From Raillietiella orientalis (Eukaryota), in contig JAYWIR010000054.1 in NCBI GenBank assembly GCA_036172245.1, positions 434,001-498,000 of the forward strand: DNA of 64,000 bases, written 5' to 3'. This document shows, piece by piece, positions 46,581-60,250 of this stretch; within the stretch, counting starts at the first letter, position 1; every line of letters starts with the position of its first letter. A program made the translations under genes and the position numbers. Under the pieces are notes generated by a model. That model ran no database searches. It was not told the origin of the DNA and worked only from the letters and a program-made list of their open reading frames with translations.

Positions 46581-48160
46581 TCAGAAACCAAAACCAAAGT
46601 CTGAAAGAAATGTTTGAAAAATTTCATTTCGAAACACACATACACAGAAAGAATTACCTTCTGAGGCACTTTGAACTTCTTCAAACTTAAACATAAATGC
46701 ACTGTTGCTTTTCTCCAGAGCATCAGGTCCTTCTGTTCCAGATTCGATTCCACTATCTGATGCAAAGTCAAGAGTAAAATCCTCAGCATAGCTGTTACAC
46801 CTGGCCCACAGATCTATTCTAAATGTCTTTTCCACAATGTCCTTTGTATTGGAAGCTTGAGAAGTTGATGTTGACGAAAAAGGAGATCTCGTATCCACAG
46901 CAGTTGCCCAGTCCTCTTTAGAGCCCTTAGATGATTCCTGAATGTCAAATAATTTTTAACACAAGACAATCAAAGACCAAGTCGCTCACAAGGGTTACAT
47001 GAATTGGTGAAACTGAATGCTGACTATCAGCTGCTACAGGTGACGAAACATCAGGCAAGGCAAAAGAATTTTTGGGTGAAAGAGAAGATGTAAGCAGTTT
47101 CTTCAGGAAATTAGTAGATTTTATGGGTGATTCCGAAGCTCTGTCTTGGTTATTCAAAGAACTGTTAGACTGGAAGTTTGTTTTAGTGATAAAGTGCTTG
47201 CTGAGGGTTTCTGCTGAAGCATCCAGTTTCTTTGAAGGGGGCTGTTCTTGATGTAAGCTATCTGAGGTATCTACAATTCGTTTCCCTAATGAAATCTACG
47301 CACCATGAATTCTCTTATTAAAGCACACCAACCTGTGATTTACTAGCCTGTATAGGGGATAAAAGAGTGAAAGGTGCGCAGGGAAACTTTGGAAAACTGG
47401 TGTCGAGTTTCAAACATTTCCCGGTTGTCGAAGAAACTTGTGTCTTTCCTTTAGAACGTGTTAATGCTTATGTTTTTGCGCATTTACCTCTTGAACACGA
47501 TAATTCTGTTGGAAGTCGTAGCAATGATGCAAATGCATTTGTCTTCTGTTGCTCGACAGCTATCTTTTGTTGCTCTTGACGATTCTGATTCGACATATGC
47601 AGTTTCTCTTGTAAATTCCTGGAATATGCAAGGAAAAATGGCTCTAACTTTATGCATACAATAGGCTCTCACTTTCGCACAACGCATCCAGTGGCCAAAT
47701 TGACAATAAACTGGCGCAGTCTCTCATCTTTCCGTCTTTCTTCTTTTGCCGATGCAACCAGATTCTCTGCTTTTTTCTTGAGCAACTCAATTTCAACTTC
47801 CAACTCCTTGTTTTGGGCCTCTTCTAAGTAAAGCTATAAGGAGGAAGGCAGTTATCATAAATAACTGATACAATACTTTCTTTGACTGCATCATTGTGAT
47901 GCATACAGAGAAAGCTTAATCAATATTACAGTAGAGCAGATTGTACATTTAGTAGCACCTTTTGAATGTCTTCATACTGACTGCACTGTGACTTCATTTC
48001 TGCAAACCTTTGCACCTGACTAGCATAAATCCTTGCAGTATTGGCCCTTAACTCTTCAGAATGCTGCTTTTGGGTATTCAGTTTATCCATTAGACTCTGC
48101 TGCAGCAATTCAATGAGAAGATTGGATTTCTTCAAACTGAAACAATGAATCTTCATTAAA
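46581..48160 (-). CDS. Multi-exon host gene: N-terminal coiled coil, Ser/Pro-rich disordered region, Phe-rich C-terminus; identity unknown
   Basis: Exons with GT-AG borders: LYLEEAQNKELEVEIELLKKKAENL, NLQEKLHMSNQNRQEQQK, SESPIK..LSPK, DSGIES, AFMFKFEEVQSASE|DFGFGF* (stop 46581). 5' end not resolved. Confidence 0.65.
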
Positions 48161-48740
48161 TATTACTACACTGTGGTTAAAACTAAACCTGAACACATCT
48201 AAAAGACTAAGTGTTTCATTTGTGGATGCACATAATTTGACACTTATTTCAACAGTCAAAAATACACTGAAGGTGAACAAAACAAACATAAACGTTGCTT
48301 TTAAATTTGATGATATCTATAATTACACTCCATTATTCTGTTGAGTACGCATAAATTCAGTCAATCAAAATATGTACGTAAATACATGTGTATACTTTTG
48401 AATCCAATATTCTAATCAAAGAATTTTATTTTAATTGTAAATAAATATTCTTACAAGCACTGTTATGGTTTACAAGATGATATTTTTAGAAGAATCTTTT
48501 TGCAGAATGCATTACTCACTTTTCATTAGTAACTACAAATAATTCCGTTTTGTTTTTTGTTTCTTCTATTTGTTGTTGTAACTTTTCCAATAACTGATGC
48601 CATTGTGATTCTTCCTCCTGTGCTGTGGTCAACAGCTTTGACAGGGCTGAAAGATAAATTCACACACTGCTTTAAATTTGTTCTAAGATCAGAGGCGAGG
48701 AATGGTAATTCTATCATCAAGTATTCGTATTCTAGGATTA

Positions 48741-50225
48741 TTTTTTATTACAATTAAATTATCAACAGTAAAATCTGATGAATGGAACCTATTGATGCCA
48801 CACATATATCTGAAAATCAATAAGGCCTTCAACTTCTACAGGAAAAGTGAAATGCGAATTGTAAAACAGCTGTACTTAAACCAGATACCAAGCACACTGC
48901 ATTAAACATAAAAATCATTTGCAACAACAACATGCAAGATAATCTCCCTAATACATGCTTTGCAGCACAGTGCTCAAGGTGCAGGTCACTACATGTCATT
49001 GGATTTTACATCCAAGAATATGAAAGGTGCATTACAAAAAATTTGATTTCATTTCTCACCTTTACAGTGAAATGACTCCTCCAATAAATTCTCGTGCACC
49101 GTAAGTGCATCAGCAAATATTTTGTTTATTCCACAGGTACTGATGTTGTTGCCAACCATATTTACATTTGTTGAACATATATTCTCGCAATACTCCTAAG
49201 CATACATAAGCATATTAGATGAAATGTACACACAAATAAAATAATTACTATTACCTATCATAATACAGAATGAACTTAGCATTGTTGCAGTATATAACCT
49301 GTAACTTTGCTAAAGTAAATTATACCACTTAATTTGGTACTTAGTTTTCAAATAAATTCTCCAGAAAATGATATACTCTATTCGTGGAAATGAAACAATT
49401 CCATTAACCACTATGAAAAATACACACATAATTACCCCCCCCAAAAGAGGTGGGAAGAGGAGGGGATGGAGCACAGAAAGCGAGAGGATACGAAAGGCCG
49501 GATTTGTAGCATTAAAACGGAAAAAACGTGGCCTGAAATCACTTGACACACACATCTTTTAAAGCATGTTTTTACATGATAGATTTTTAAAAGCAATCTG
49601 CTGCCAACCAATTGCAGGGCTTTTCCTTGCCTCAAACTGTTGACTGGATCGCTTTAATCTCAAATCATGTATTTCATATAAAAGTAATTACTTTTGGCAT
49701 GGAAGTCACCCTCTCTAAACACTGCATTCTAATGATCTGATCTCCGATAATCTGCCATATGTTTGTAACCTTTTTTTTTCATTCATAACTGATATCGAAT
49801 GATCCACCCGGCATGCAAAAAAGTTTCAATTCTGATTCCAGACCGACCCAAAGTAACACACGAACACTTTGTTCGTACTTAATCTGAAATGAAAATTTAT
49901 ATGAATCCACCTAGATTTCGGGGGAGGGAAACATTTAAGATTCCATTGCATAAAGTCCAGCCCTTAACACCCACTGTACAGCAAACCATTGCCCATTCGG
50001 GTACACCGTACGAACACTCTCGATTCTTATCATTTTCATTTAGTGCTAAACTCAAGCACCCATTTGTAATTATAGATATCACTTTTTTATTACAATCAAA
50101 TGATCAACAGTAAAATCGGATGGATGGAACCTCTGGATGCCACACATACATTCGAAAATCGATACGGCCTTGAACTCCTACGGGAAAAGTGAAACACGAA
50201 TCGTAGAACAGCTGTACTTAAAGCA
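48741..50225 (+). repeat. Pair of ~145-bp diverged direct repeats (48741-48883, 50083-50225)
   Basis: Shared atcaacagtaaaatc..gatgccacacata..gaaaagtgaaa..aacagctgtacttaaa. Confidence 0.9.
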
Positions 50226-50399
50226 GTACCAAACTCAAGCACTAAATGAAAATGATAAGAATTAAGAGTGTAACTAACAGAAACAAAATTGCATTTCTAG
50301 GTTGCAGTAACATTTCGAAATTGTTTCTAAATAATTCTCCAATACGAAAAGATGCAAATGAATTCTGTTTGAAACAAATGAGGGAAACACCCGTGCTTT

Positions 50400-53100
50400 A
50401 ATTAATTGTATCCCCGGATTCCTTCGAAAATCCTTTGTTTTTCGTTCCAAGATAAGTGAATTGATTCAGATTAAAGAGAGCCATTCTCAAGAAAATATGA
50501 TTCTCAAGTCTTCTAATGGCTAATTGGAACTTGGGCATTTTCTTTAAAAAAATTACAACACCGCAATCAACCTAGAAAGGCACGTGGAACTCTCACAATT
50601 TTAAGAGATTTCAGTATATTCGTTCAAGAAAAAAAAAGGAAAATCCAAATATGACTTCATACGAAGATATATTGAAGAGAAGATAGAGAAAACACCAAAC
50701 GCTTAATATCCCTATAACGGAATCACTGAATCAAGTACAAGCGATTAAAATGAATTAGGATAGAACCAAAGAAATCCCACTTAGAAATGCTCCTAAGGCT
50801 TAAAAGCTGATTATTTCAGAAATTTGTGCAAGGGCATCATAGAAAACAGGACAAAATGCAATGAATTGGAAAGGGTGCCATAAATTGCAGAGCGCTCGTG
50901 AGAAACTTGAATAAAACCAGCAAAGAAATTGCCTCACTTTCTATGCTTCACAAAAATTCAATTCCCGTAATACTTTAAAGTGCTGGCCACTGAACCTCAG
51001 TGTTCATGTAAACAGCAAATGAATAAAAACAGTCAACTCAGAAAGGCTTGTAACTCTGTGAAGATGATGGTGGTGGCTGCACTTGGTATTAGATGATATC
51101 TTGCGTGATATCTATTTTATTCATGGAATACTCATCAATAAAGTGTGATTAAGCTGTGAGTGAGAGAGAAGAATAAAACCTGGATTCAATTCACTGAAAA
51201 GCAACCAGATCTTGGAACTATTAAATCTTTGCATTTTATGCTTCAAAATCCTATAAGATCTTTGATTTCTCCATCAGCTCCAGCAATTTTCGAAAAGTCG
51301 TAAAATCTCTTTGAAAGTACTTCAGAATACATTTCTTAATGAGCATCATCAACCTGAAATATGATTCATTCCACGGTCACTCTGTTCTTATCACATTAAA
51401 ATGGTATCAGTAGCATTGAGTAGATCTTCATTTTTTATACAGTTTTATCCTCCACCGAGACAGAAAGTCAATTCAGAATTCCAACCGGATTCTCATTCTC
51501 TACCTAGTTCGTACCAAAGTTTCTTTCTGACTGTTGTGGAGCTCCGAAACATTTACTGTTCCACGAAATCCCTCTCCATTATCATGTACTTCAGAGACTT
51601 TCTTAAATTTTCTTATAATTCTGATCCTTGATCTAATTCCTGAGCTGATATTCCATTAAAGTCACATTCTCATTCATCCGATACAGACACTTAATAGCCT
51701 TTCTTATAAACCGTTGCCTTTTTGAGATGTGATTTATTTACCGGATATTTTAGGAAGGAGTTTAGAGGATTTTATTTTTCAATTTTTTCAATTTTCTTCG
51801 ATATTCTCTGGTCTCTGATCATTTTCAACAAACAATCTGTTACATGGAAACGATTTCGATTGTGTGTTTTGTAAGAATGCACACAAGTTTATTGGATGTT
51901 ACTTAATACCAATATAGAAAACCAAAACAACCTAAACAAATTTTGCATTGTATCGGAAACATAAGCAACAGAGCCTTCGCTTAGTTAGATGCCTTCAAGT
52001 TTATTAGAGGTCCATGAGTTATCCCAGAGTTTGGAGGTGTTGACGAAAGCACTCCTGGACGAATGGGGAAAGGAGGAAAAGAAACAAAACCAGCAAGAGG
52101 AAACAGAACGTTCTGGGAGCTTGCGCCTACGAAAATGGGAAGATGTCTGTTTCATCTCGGATTGCATTTGGATGCTAGGTTGTTGAGAGAAAACCGGGTT
52201 ACCTGCGCTGTTCTATACTCTTGGGAAAAAACTCTTTGAGGATATCGAGATAAATTCTAGTTTTCAGAGAAGGCAAACTCTTTAAAGCTCGCAATCCAAA
52301 AGCACGTGAGCTGCTCTCAAGAATTGAATTCCTCTTCAGAGTGCTTCCCACTCCTGGGAAGCTGTCACTACCTCTGATCTAAATTATCTTTGGGTGGAAT
52401 GCTGTTCTCTATTCTTCTGCTCTTCATCCCAGCAACTCAGAGTGGAAATAGTGCTAAGTGTTCCCCTCTGGTCGTCGAAATGTTCTGAGACTTCCTGATA
52501 TATCAAAATCCTCATAAGAGAAAAGGCGAATATGAATTATCCATAAAGAACCGTTTCTCAAATCATTCGAAGGCAACGGGAAGCAGGCCATAGATCCCTT
52601 CCAGGCTGGTCACCTTGTCCAATTTTTGTAGTCACGGAAGGATAAGCTGAAAAACAACCCCAATAAAATTAAGGAACAGACTGTTGCATAGAAGAGCTAT
52701 ATTGTGGTGCAGCTCTCTTATCCTTGAAGCCTCTTATTACACACAGGGATCGCTCCTACTGTGGGTGATCTTAAGGCTGTACACAGCTCCTTCTGGAAAT
52801 TACGGATGTTTGCTCATGAAAAAGGTATCTCATGCAGTGTTCATGCACTCAAAAGAACTGTTCTGCGGAGTTGCTGAGGATTCAGAGAGAACTTGGAGAG
52901 AAAAGAGGGACCCGATTCTGTAGGGTCGATGCTACTCTGTGAGCTTCAGATCCCATTCTGTCTTTCTGAAGGCTTGGCCAAAAATCACCGAAAGAAGTGA
53001 AGGCGGTGAACTTCGTTCTACTGAGAAAAGGGTGGCATGATTCATAAGATCACACATGGTTGTTCTTTTTCTGCTGATGTGTTGAACTACTGATTCTGCC
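50400..53100 (-). mobile_element. Possible very old LINE relic
   Basis: Scattered RT-like remnants in plausible order (KIAGADG ~51280, YKPF ~51045, GSIL ~50765). Weak. Confidence 0.25.
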
Positions 53101-54449
53101 TACAAAGAACGGGCTTAGTGTTTGGAAATTCTTCAAACACGAAAGCACGAGGAATGAAAAACAAAAGTATCTAAACTATTGGTGCATTTCGCCAGACAGA
53201 ATGAACACGAAATATTAACATTAATCATTATCCCATACTAATTTTACAAAATAAAACAGCCCTCCGCTCTCTTCTTTAATGACAAACCCAAACAAAAAAA
53301 TTAATCACACAATTAACATACCCATACCATCAAACATTTCCTACTCTTGAAACCTAGGCTCCATAATAGGAATCTTTCTAATTACCCAACTATTTACGGG
53401 CATTATCATCTCCATACATTACACCCCCCATACCTCAGAAGCCTTTTCATCAATCATCAACATAATGCACAACACCAATGACGGATGATTCATACGAAAC
53501 ATCCATGCTAACACCGCCTTCTTCTTTTCCATAGCAATCTGCCCACACTCTCCGCACATTATACTTCTTTTCCTACAAAAACGCTACAACCTGATTATCA
53601 GGATTACTTCTTTGAAAATGGGAGAAAGGACCTATTGGCGAAACAAGTGACATCCGGAAAATCACCTAGAAAGGATGGCGATTGGACAGAAACGCCCTTG
53701 AAGCAAGCGTTAACACGGATTCACGACTGAGGGTTCATTTCAGCGGTCCGTTTGGACCGTCAAAGATATTCAATGTTGAAATTCGTTTCCTTTTCTTAAC
53801 ACTAGTCAAGGTTCTACTCACCGGTGTTTCCTTAGGAGTGACCGGCCACCCTCTAAACTGTAGTAACTCGTCCCCAGTTAACGCTTGGAATAATAACATT
53901 AATATATCGCTTTATACTTACTCACGAATACTAAACATGGCGCAATTCGACAATCTAAAATCCAGGAAAGTAGGAATATGTAGGATAGTGGCAATACTTA
54001 ATATAAAGAACTTCGTCCTCGTGATATGCCTCAAAGGTCATCTGTATTGGCTCAGACGAGCTAAAATCATGTTTCATGAACATGATAGCATCTGCATAGG
54101 ATTTAGTGTTCATTGGATTATTACGTGAAAGCATTCTCAATTTTCGACTTTCAGTTGATAGAAAACTTTCATTGGAATTGAAACTCTTGCAAGGAATATG
54201 CTTTACAAGGACTCGTAGTTACTCTTGAAGCGAAATGCTTCTCTTGCTGGAAAAGCAGTCGCCAAATCATTGTTTATTCCCAAGAAGTTTCCGTTTCTGA
54301 GGTGGTCTTATTATCTGCAGATCGAACTTGCATACAGCCAAGCAGGACTTTTTCCAAATTTGGACATCCATAAGGTCCATCCTGAATTCACTGATCAGAA
54401 GGTGGCCAAAAGCAGATCACCTCTAAACTAAGGAAGCTTGAAAATTCAA

Positions 54450-55200
54450 TTAATTCTGAATCCAAATTCAAAATAAACACAACCCCTTGGAAGTATCATG
54501 TGAACATATGCAAAACATGTTCCTAAGATGCTGGAAAATATGGAAAACAAAGTATTCCGAGAAACATACGGAACTCGTTTCGTTTTAATATACAGTATCC
54601 GAGTCGCATGTTACAGCTCAGTTCTATTCTTGTGATCATAACTCCGTCTACATTTGTCATCCATCGGATGTTGCATAACATTAGACCTATGAAGAAACCT
54701 AGTGGTTTCAACAAACGATCTCTTAGTTGTGTAATATACAGATACTGCCTTGATTAATACTGCACATAAAGTAAATGCATTGATTAACACTTTGAAAATA
54801 TTTACCTTATCCATTTCCATTTCATGTAGATAAAAAAGAGCTTAGTAAATAAAAGACATCAATGTAGAGACTTTTTAATTATTTGCGATCTACTGGTCCC
54901 TACATGGCCATACATAGCATTTGCCATTCGTGAACTGATTCAAATCACCAGGACGATAGTAATTTAACGCAAATGCACTGCGACGAAAATTGCTGTAAGC
55001 GACATTGGAGTCCTTTCGATATTTTTTATAAGATCCTCGAAGCACAAAAGATGCCATGAATATATTGTTTAATAATATTCATCTTCTCCTGCAGCTGTTG
55101 TTACTTGATAGTAGTATACACTGGATTACATTCTCAAAAGATGGCCAACAGACAGATCTGTATCGTTTCTTGAGAGCATCGAAGTCATCTCCTTGAAACA
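54450..55200 (-). mobile_element. PIF/Harbinger-like transposase relic
   Basis: ALNYYRPGDLNQ, RRSYDHKNRTE and YCILKRNEFRM resemble HARBI1-type motifs; many stops. Confidence 0.35.
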
Positions 55201-56446
55201 GTACGATTAAAAGTGGCCAATAAATTTTCTTCAACTAAAAAAACTATTGCGTCAAGACTTTCTTCGCCTAAAAGTCCGATACAATCGCTTTTTAAATTAA
55301 TTTTTTGTTTTTGAATAAGTTTGAGCAAATTTATTGCAATTATAGTTGCAGACTTTTACAACGGTATGATTAAGTAGCAATTGGTTCAGTTCGAAAGCAA
55401 ATCACACTAAGATAAGCGATACAAGGGTTGAAATTAATTCAATTTTTTCCTCGATCGCACGCTTATTTCCTGTCGTGTAGATAGTGTAGATAAAAAACAA
55501 TTAAGTTAGTTATTGATATAGGAAATTTAAATTTTCAGCTAGATATGAATACAAAAATCTAAGCTTTGAAGGAAGATGAACAACGATGCTGGTGATGCAT
55601 TAAATTATCAGATGTGACTAAAATTCATACGACATGCCACATCGATTGCCGGAGATGCATTCATAATAGAACTATGACAATGGAGTTTAATTTTCATTCT
55701 AAATGAATCATTATTTGCTGCATCTCAAAGGCTACATAAGGTTAATAATATCAAAATATATGTGCTCGACATATCTCTGTGAAACGCAAACATACTATTG
55801 GAACAGAACTATTTTGTCTTTCTTTAATTTTGCCTTTCTTTTCAGTTTTCCTTCATAACATGCAGTCAATTGAAAAATGATTTTTGATATGGCATTGTTT
55901 TTCAATGAGTTGTCAAACTTTAGTCGCCATACTTAAGCACTTGGTAAGGACATACTTTAAAAGATCAAGCAAAGTTTATATATGCATGGTAAAGAAATTA
56001 TTATTCGGATATTTTAAGTTATTTTCATGATGTTTTCCAAAACGGGTATTCAGTATTATTTTTATTGTAATAAAATTCAAAAACACAGTATATGTAATCA
56101 CATTTTAATATGTTGGCAATGCTTGTTGCTCTGGCGAAGCAGTGCCGCAAATGTGTGATTTCTTTTTGTTTTTTTTTTAATGTCGGTATCGAATCTGTTG
56201 AATGGAAGGGCAGTTTCTTTAGAAGTAGATATCCATTATATTCGGTAGTCTTCAATGCTTCAGGAGTTCCAAGGTTCCTTATTAGAAGGAACAAAAATAG
56301 AGAATTCTTGACTGTGTTTGCTAGAGAAAAAGTTGAAATAACTTTCCTTTATTGTGAGGTTTAAATGTTTTTGTAATTCCAGCAGAACTACGAATTTATA
56401 TTTTTTTGGTCGTTGTCAGTGGTTGAGACAAGCATTTTGGGTTTCA

Positions 56447-57136
56447 ATGGCTGGAGTACCTGATAAATCATGGCAACCTCCGTATGTCGTGCTGGAAACA
56501 TCGTAAGATTAACAAGTTACATAGACTTCATAATAATACTTGTTGCACAGCATGGGTGAAATGGTCATAGAACTGTACTGGGAGCATGCACCAAATACAT
56601 GCCGCAATTTTGCTGAATTGGCCCGCAGAGGTTATTATAATAATTGTAGGTTCCATCGTATCATCCGTGACTTTATGATCCAAGGTAGACATAATGAACA
56701 TTTTCAATCACTGATTGGATTAGAATAGGTGGAGATCCTTCCGGCACTGGAAGGGGAGGAACTTCCATCTATGGGAAATATTTTGAGGATGAGATATCAG
56801 ATGACCTCAAACATACTGGTACAATATGCATAATTTTTACTGTACTTTTTAATTATTTGCCCTTAAATTAGGAGCAGGAATAATTTCCATGGCATCATCA
56901 GGACCTGATACCAATAGTTCTCAGTTCTTAATTACTCTTGCACCTACTCAGTGGTTAGATGGGAAGCATACAATATTTGGTAGGTAAGTGACATCATAGG
57001 ACAGAAGTTTATGTTATCAGTAGGGCGAGTTTTCTCTGGAATGAAAGTAGTGAAGAGAATTGGAATGGTGGAAACAGATAGTTCTGATTGTCCTGTTGAT
57101 GAAGTGAAAATTGTGAAAGCTCATCCAAAGCAGTGA
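56447..57136 (+). CDS. PPIL1: Peptidyl-prolyl cis-trans isomerase-like 1 (spliceosomal cyclophilin), 5 exons
   Basis: Exons 56447-56502, 56551-56684, 56729-56818, 56872-56979, 57024-57136. [49 protein letters not shown]. Confidence 0.97.
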
Positions 57137-57177
57137 TCTTTAATTCTGAGAAAAATTAAAGTATGCATCCAATACAT

Positions 57178-57827
57178 TTAAGATATATCTTTAATAGCCA
57201 TAGAACTTATAATGGCATTTAGCAAGTCCTCTTTACTGAGTTCTTCTCTGACATTGTACATATGCTGAATGGCTTTGACATCAGAAAACTGATGTAAATC
57301 TTCCAAATCTACCTCATCTCCATCAATAACCTCAAAACTAGGTGACTCTTCAGTATCATTTATGACAATAACAAGTACACTAGTATCCTGGTTAGAAACA
57401 CCAAATTCTGAAAGCGACAAAGAAATCTGCAAAATTCATGTCATATTGCTGTTTAAATGTAGTTACCTTTTTGGAAGGAGATAAGTAAAAAAGAATTTCA
57501 GTGTACACTGACTTAGTGATGAGACAGTCACAAGACCGATTTCTCAAAGCATGACAGCAGGCCACTATAACTTGAAATACATCCAGTATCTAATAAATGC
57601 AATCAGAAAACACATCAGATTATTGCAAGGAAGCTTATGTTGATTTGTTACTTAGTTATGATTCTTACATAAGTGGTTTTGACCAATGCAGCTGCAGTCT
57701 TTGAAGAGATGATGTTACTTCTTACTGTTCCCATGTTCGTCACATTTTTAAATAACCACATGGTGACTTTAACATACTTGCTATCAGAAATATTCGGTCC
57801 AAGAAGAGGAATGGAAAATGTCTTCAT
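57178..57827 (-). CDS. TPRKB: KEOPS subunit Cgi121/TPRKB, 3 exons
   Basis: Exons 57827-57669, 57589-57467, 57426-57178. LFKNVTN, ILDVFQVIVA, TKSVYTEILFYLSPSKKISLSLSEFG, LLNAIISSMAIKD. Confidence 0.93.
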
Positions 57828-58089
57828 TTTTCTAGTTAAAAGATTCCTCAAAAATGGATCATTCCATGACCAGTTTTAACTGAACCTTAGATCAAACGTG
57901 GCACCTTGCATTAACTATAAATGCAGTTTCAGTGACATTATTTTTACCTCACTGCTTATTGCTATCAATTAGATGATGTAAATGTAATGTCATTTTTGGT
58001 TCCTAAGGTTCAAAGTGGCCTACGTGGGTAACAAGCCCCACATGCTTGGTGGGTATTCTTCGATACTTTGGCTAAAATTCAATTTGTGT

Positions 58090-58560
58090 GAAGTGACGAT
58101 TAAGTTTCCTTGTTATCACGAAAATATGAACGAACGAAACCGAACCGGTTTTTGGCAAAAGTCCGAAGACTCTGCTTGAAGCGGATTCTCTTACACGACT
58201 CACATAGCGGACGATGCAACTTCCTAAGCTTTTGCTGGGACCGTTTTCAATCACGTGGGGCACACCCCATGCCCCCCACCCTACGCCGACGGCAAGCACA
58301 ACCGGCGCGTAAAACCCCGCAAGAAGGCTACCCTCTTCCACGTGAAGAGGGTTGGTCACTGGATGACCTCTTCCGACGCTGCTGATGGTGCAGTCGCCTC
58401 CCGCGCCATGAGGAAGGGGCCAGGAAACCCTCAGCACGCGGAGATGTGGTCGGACTTCTTCGTGGGCAATGCTCGAAAACCGATTAATGCCTGCTCTGCA
58501 TTTTCTGTCGGTAAATCGCGGTACACTTTGTCGACATGCGCGCACGTACAGCAGTGGGAA
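58090..58560 (-). mobile_element. 3' relic of an R2/NeSL-type non-LTR element
   Basis: DRKCRAG..IAH (zinc-knuckle remnant) and PVVLAVGVGWGAW; a GC-richer island between host genes. Confidence 0.4.
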
Positions 58561-59199
58561 CAAACACATTTTGAAAAAAATCAAAAAAAAAAAAAAAAAA
58601 AAAAAAGCAAATTTTGTGTGAACGCACAGACCAGCCAACATCGAATGCCCCGTGCCAGTACTAACTTTAGCATTAATATCAGATGCTGTTATATTTATTT
58701 GAGAACAATGTAAAGTTATTTAAATTAAATATTTGTAGCTCATATACGTGGGTATGTACCAAACTGACGTCTTCCCTTCTAAATGGCAAAGTTAAAATGC
58801 AGCTTTTTTCTTTTTACTTTTAAAAAAAAAGAAAGGTATGGAATTTTTTGAAATTCTGGTGATCGTTGAAACACTTCAAGAACAAGTTTCTAAATATAAA
58901 GGATATTTGTACCTGGCATAATAAAAGAAACTTTAAGAATTTCCACAAAACCTTTCTGATCAAAAAATAAGGAAAGGCATCTGAAAATAATGCCAACTTT
59001 ACACTCATACATAAATCCTTTGGCTCCAGCAACAAAAGATTAACTTCACGATAAAAAAGCTGACTATGAATTCAAAATTAATTATAATTACTGTGAAACA
59101 TCTTAACACACGTCTTTGGAGTGTTTTATAAATAATGAAAGAATTACAGTAAAGGACTCTAGGCAAAGGGGATCAATCAGCTTACTTTCACAAAATCAA

Positions 59200-60250
59200 C
59201 CATTCTTAAAATCCAGCAATTCTCTGTTACTTATGCTATTCCTATAGATTGAAGAAATGCATCCGAGCATGAAAAAATTTTTAAACAAATGTTTAACTAA
59301 CCGATATGCTCTAGAAGGGACTCTCAATACTTTTATATCGCATTAGAATTTTGAGAGAACTTACCAGTGGAGGTATTCAGAGAGTCCACAAAATTCTGTT
59401 CACAAAAGTCGGAGAGTCGAGGCAAGTAAACTGTACAAGAAATTGTTTGTTTTGCTTAGCCTCTGCTCCCTAAGCGGTTCAACGATACAATCTTCTGTAT
59501 CCCTTTCACAGATTTTAGGAGAATCTTCCACTAAATGCTTCTTATAAATGTATGTAGCACCTTTTCGTTGGGGCAAGGTGCATTAATATGTAATGGCAGT
59601 GGAGGGATGAAGAAAACGGGTGTAGCAGAACTGCACCGAGGTACTACTTGAATATGTGTTCACGGTTATAGACTAAGGTTTTTCTGCAAGAGTTCAAATG
59701 TATGGTTCAAATTCTTGACCAAAAATCGAACAAATCAGTTGTAACGAAGTTACCTATGTGGTGATCCATCACTGAAATGACACATCGCGTTTCATATAAT
59801 GGGGAAAAGATGAGCCACGACGGTCTTCGGATTATGTCTTTTGCAAAAGTTCGATGCAAGTTGATGCTGTTAACAAACGTGTGTATGAGTATGGAAACCT
59901 GAACTCAATAATTCAGACAACCTTTGGTTGCAGTTTTTCCGATTCCACATTTTTCTTCATTAGCCCTCTTCGGACATCAATCCAATATGTATGAATGTCA
60001 AGTTAAACAAGTATAGGTTGACAACAACAAAGAGCACACCTAAACGGTTCCTGGTTGTGAAAAGGAAAAATTTAATACTAGTTTTGATCATCGTCAAGAA
60101 CCGAAAAAACCCACCACGGTGTGTTTAACCTTCTGCCGTTCCCAGGCAGAATGGTTGTTTAGGCTCGATGATCCTGATGAAGTGAAGGTGACTCGTCTCT
60201 TAACCCAGTCTGAAAATGGGATGCAAGTCTGTGGACCGATGACCCACCAC
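59200..60250 (-). mobile_element. Possible piggyBac-like transposase relic
   Basis: Remnants IMKRD and IVEPL..TNNFLYSL resemble MSRNRF and VV.L..DNFYTSL; heavily degraded. Confidence 0.3.
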
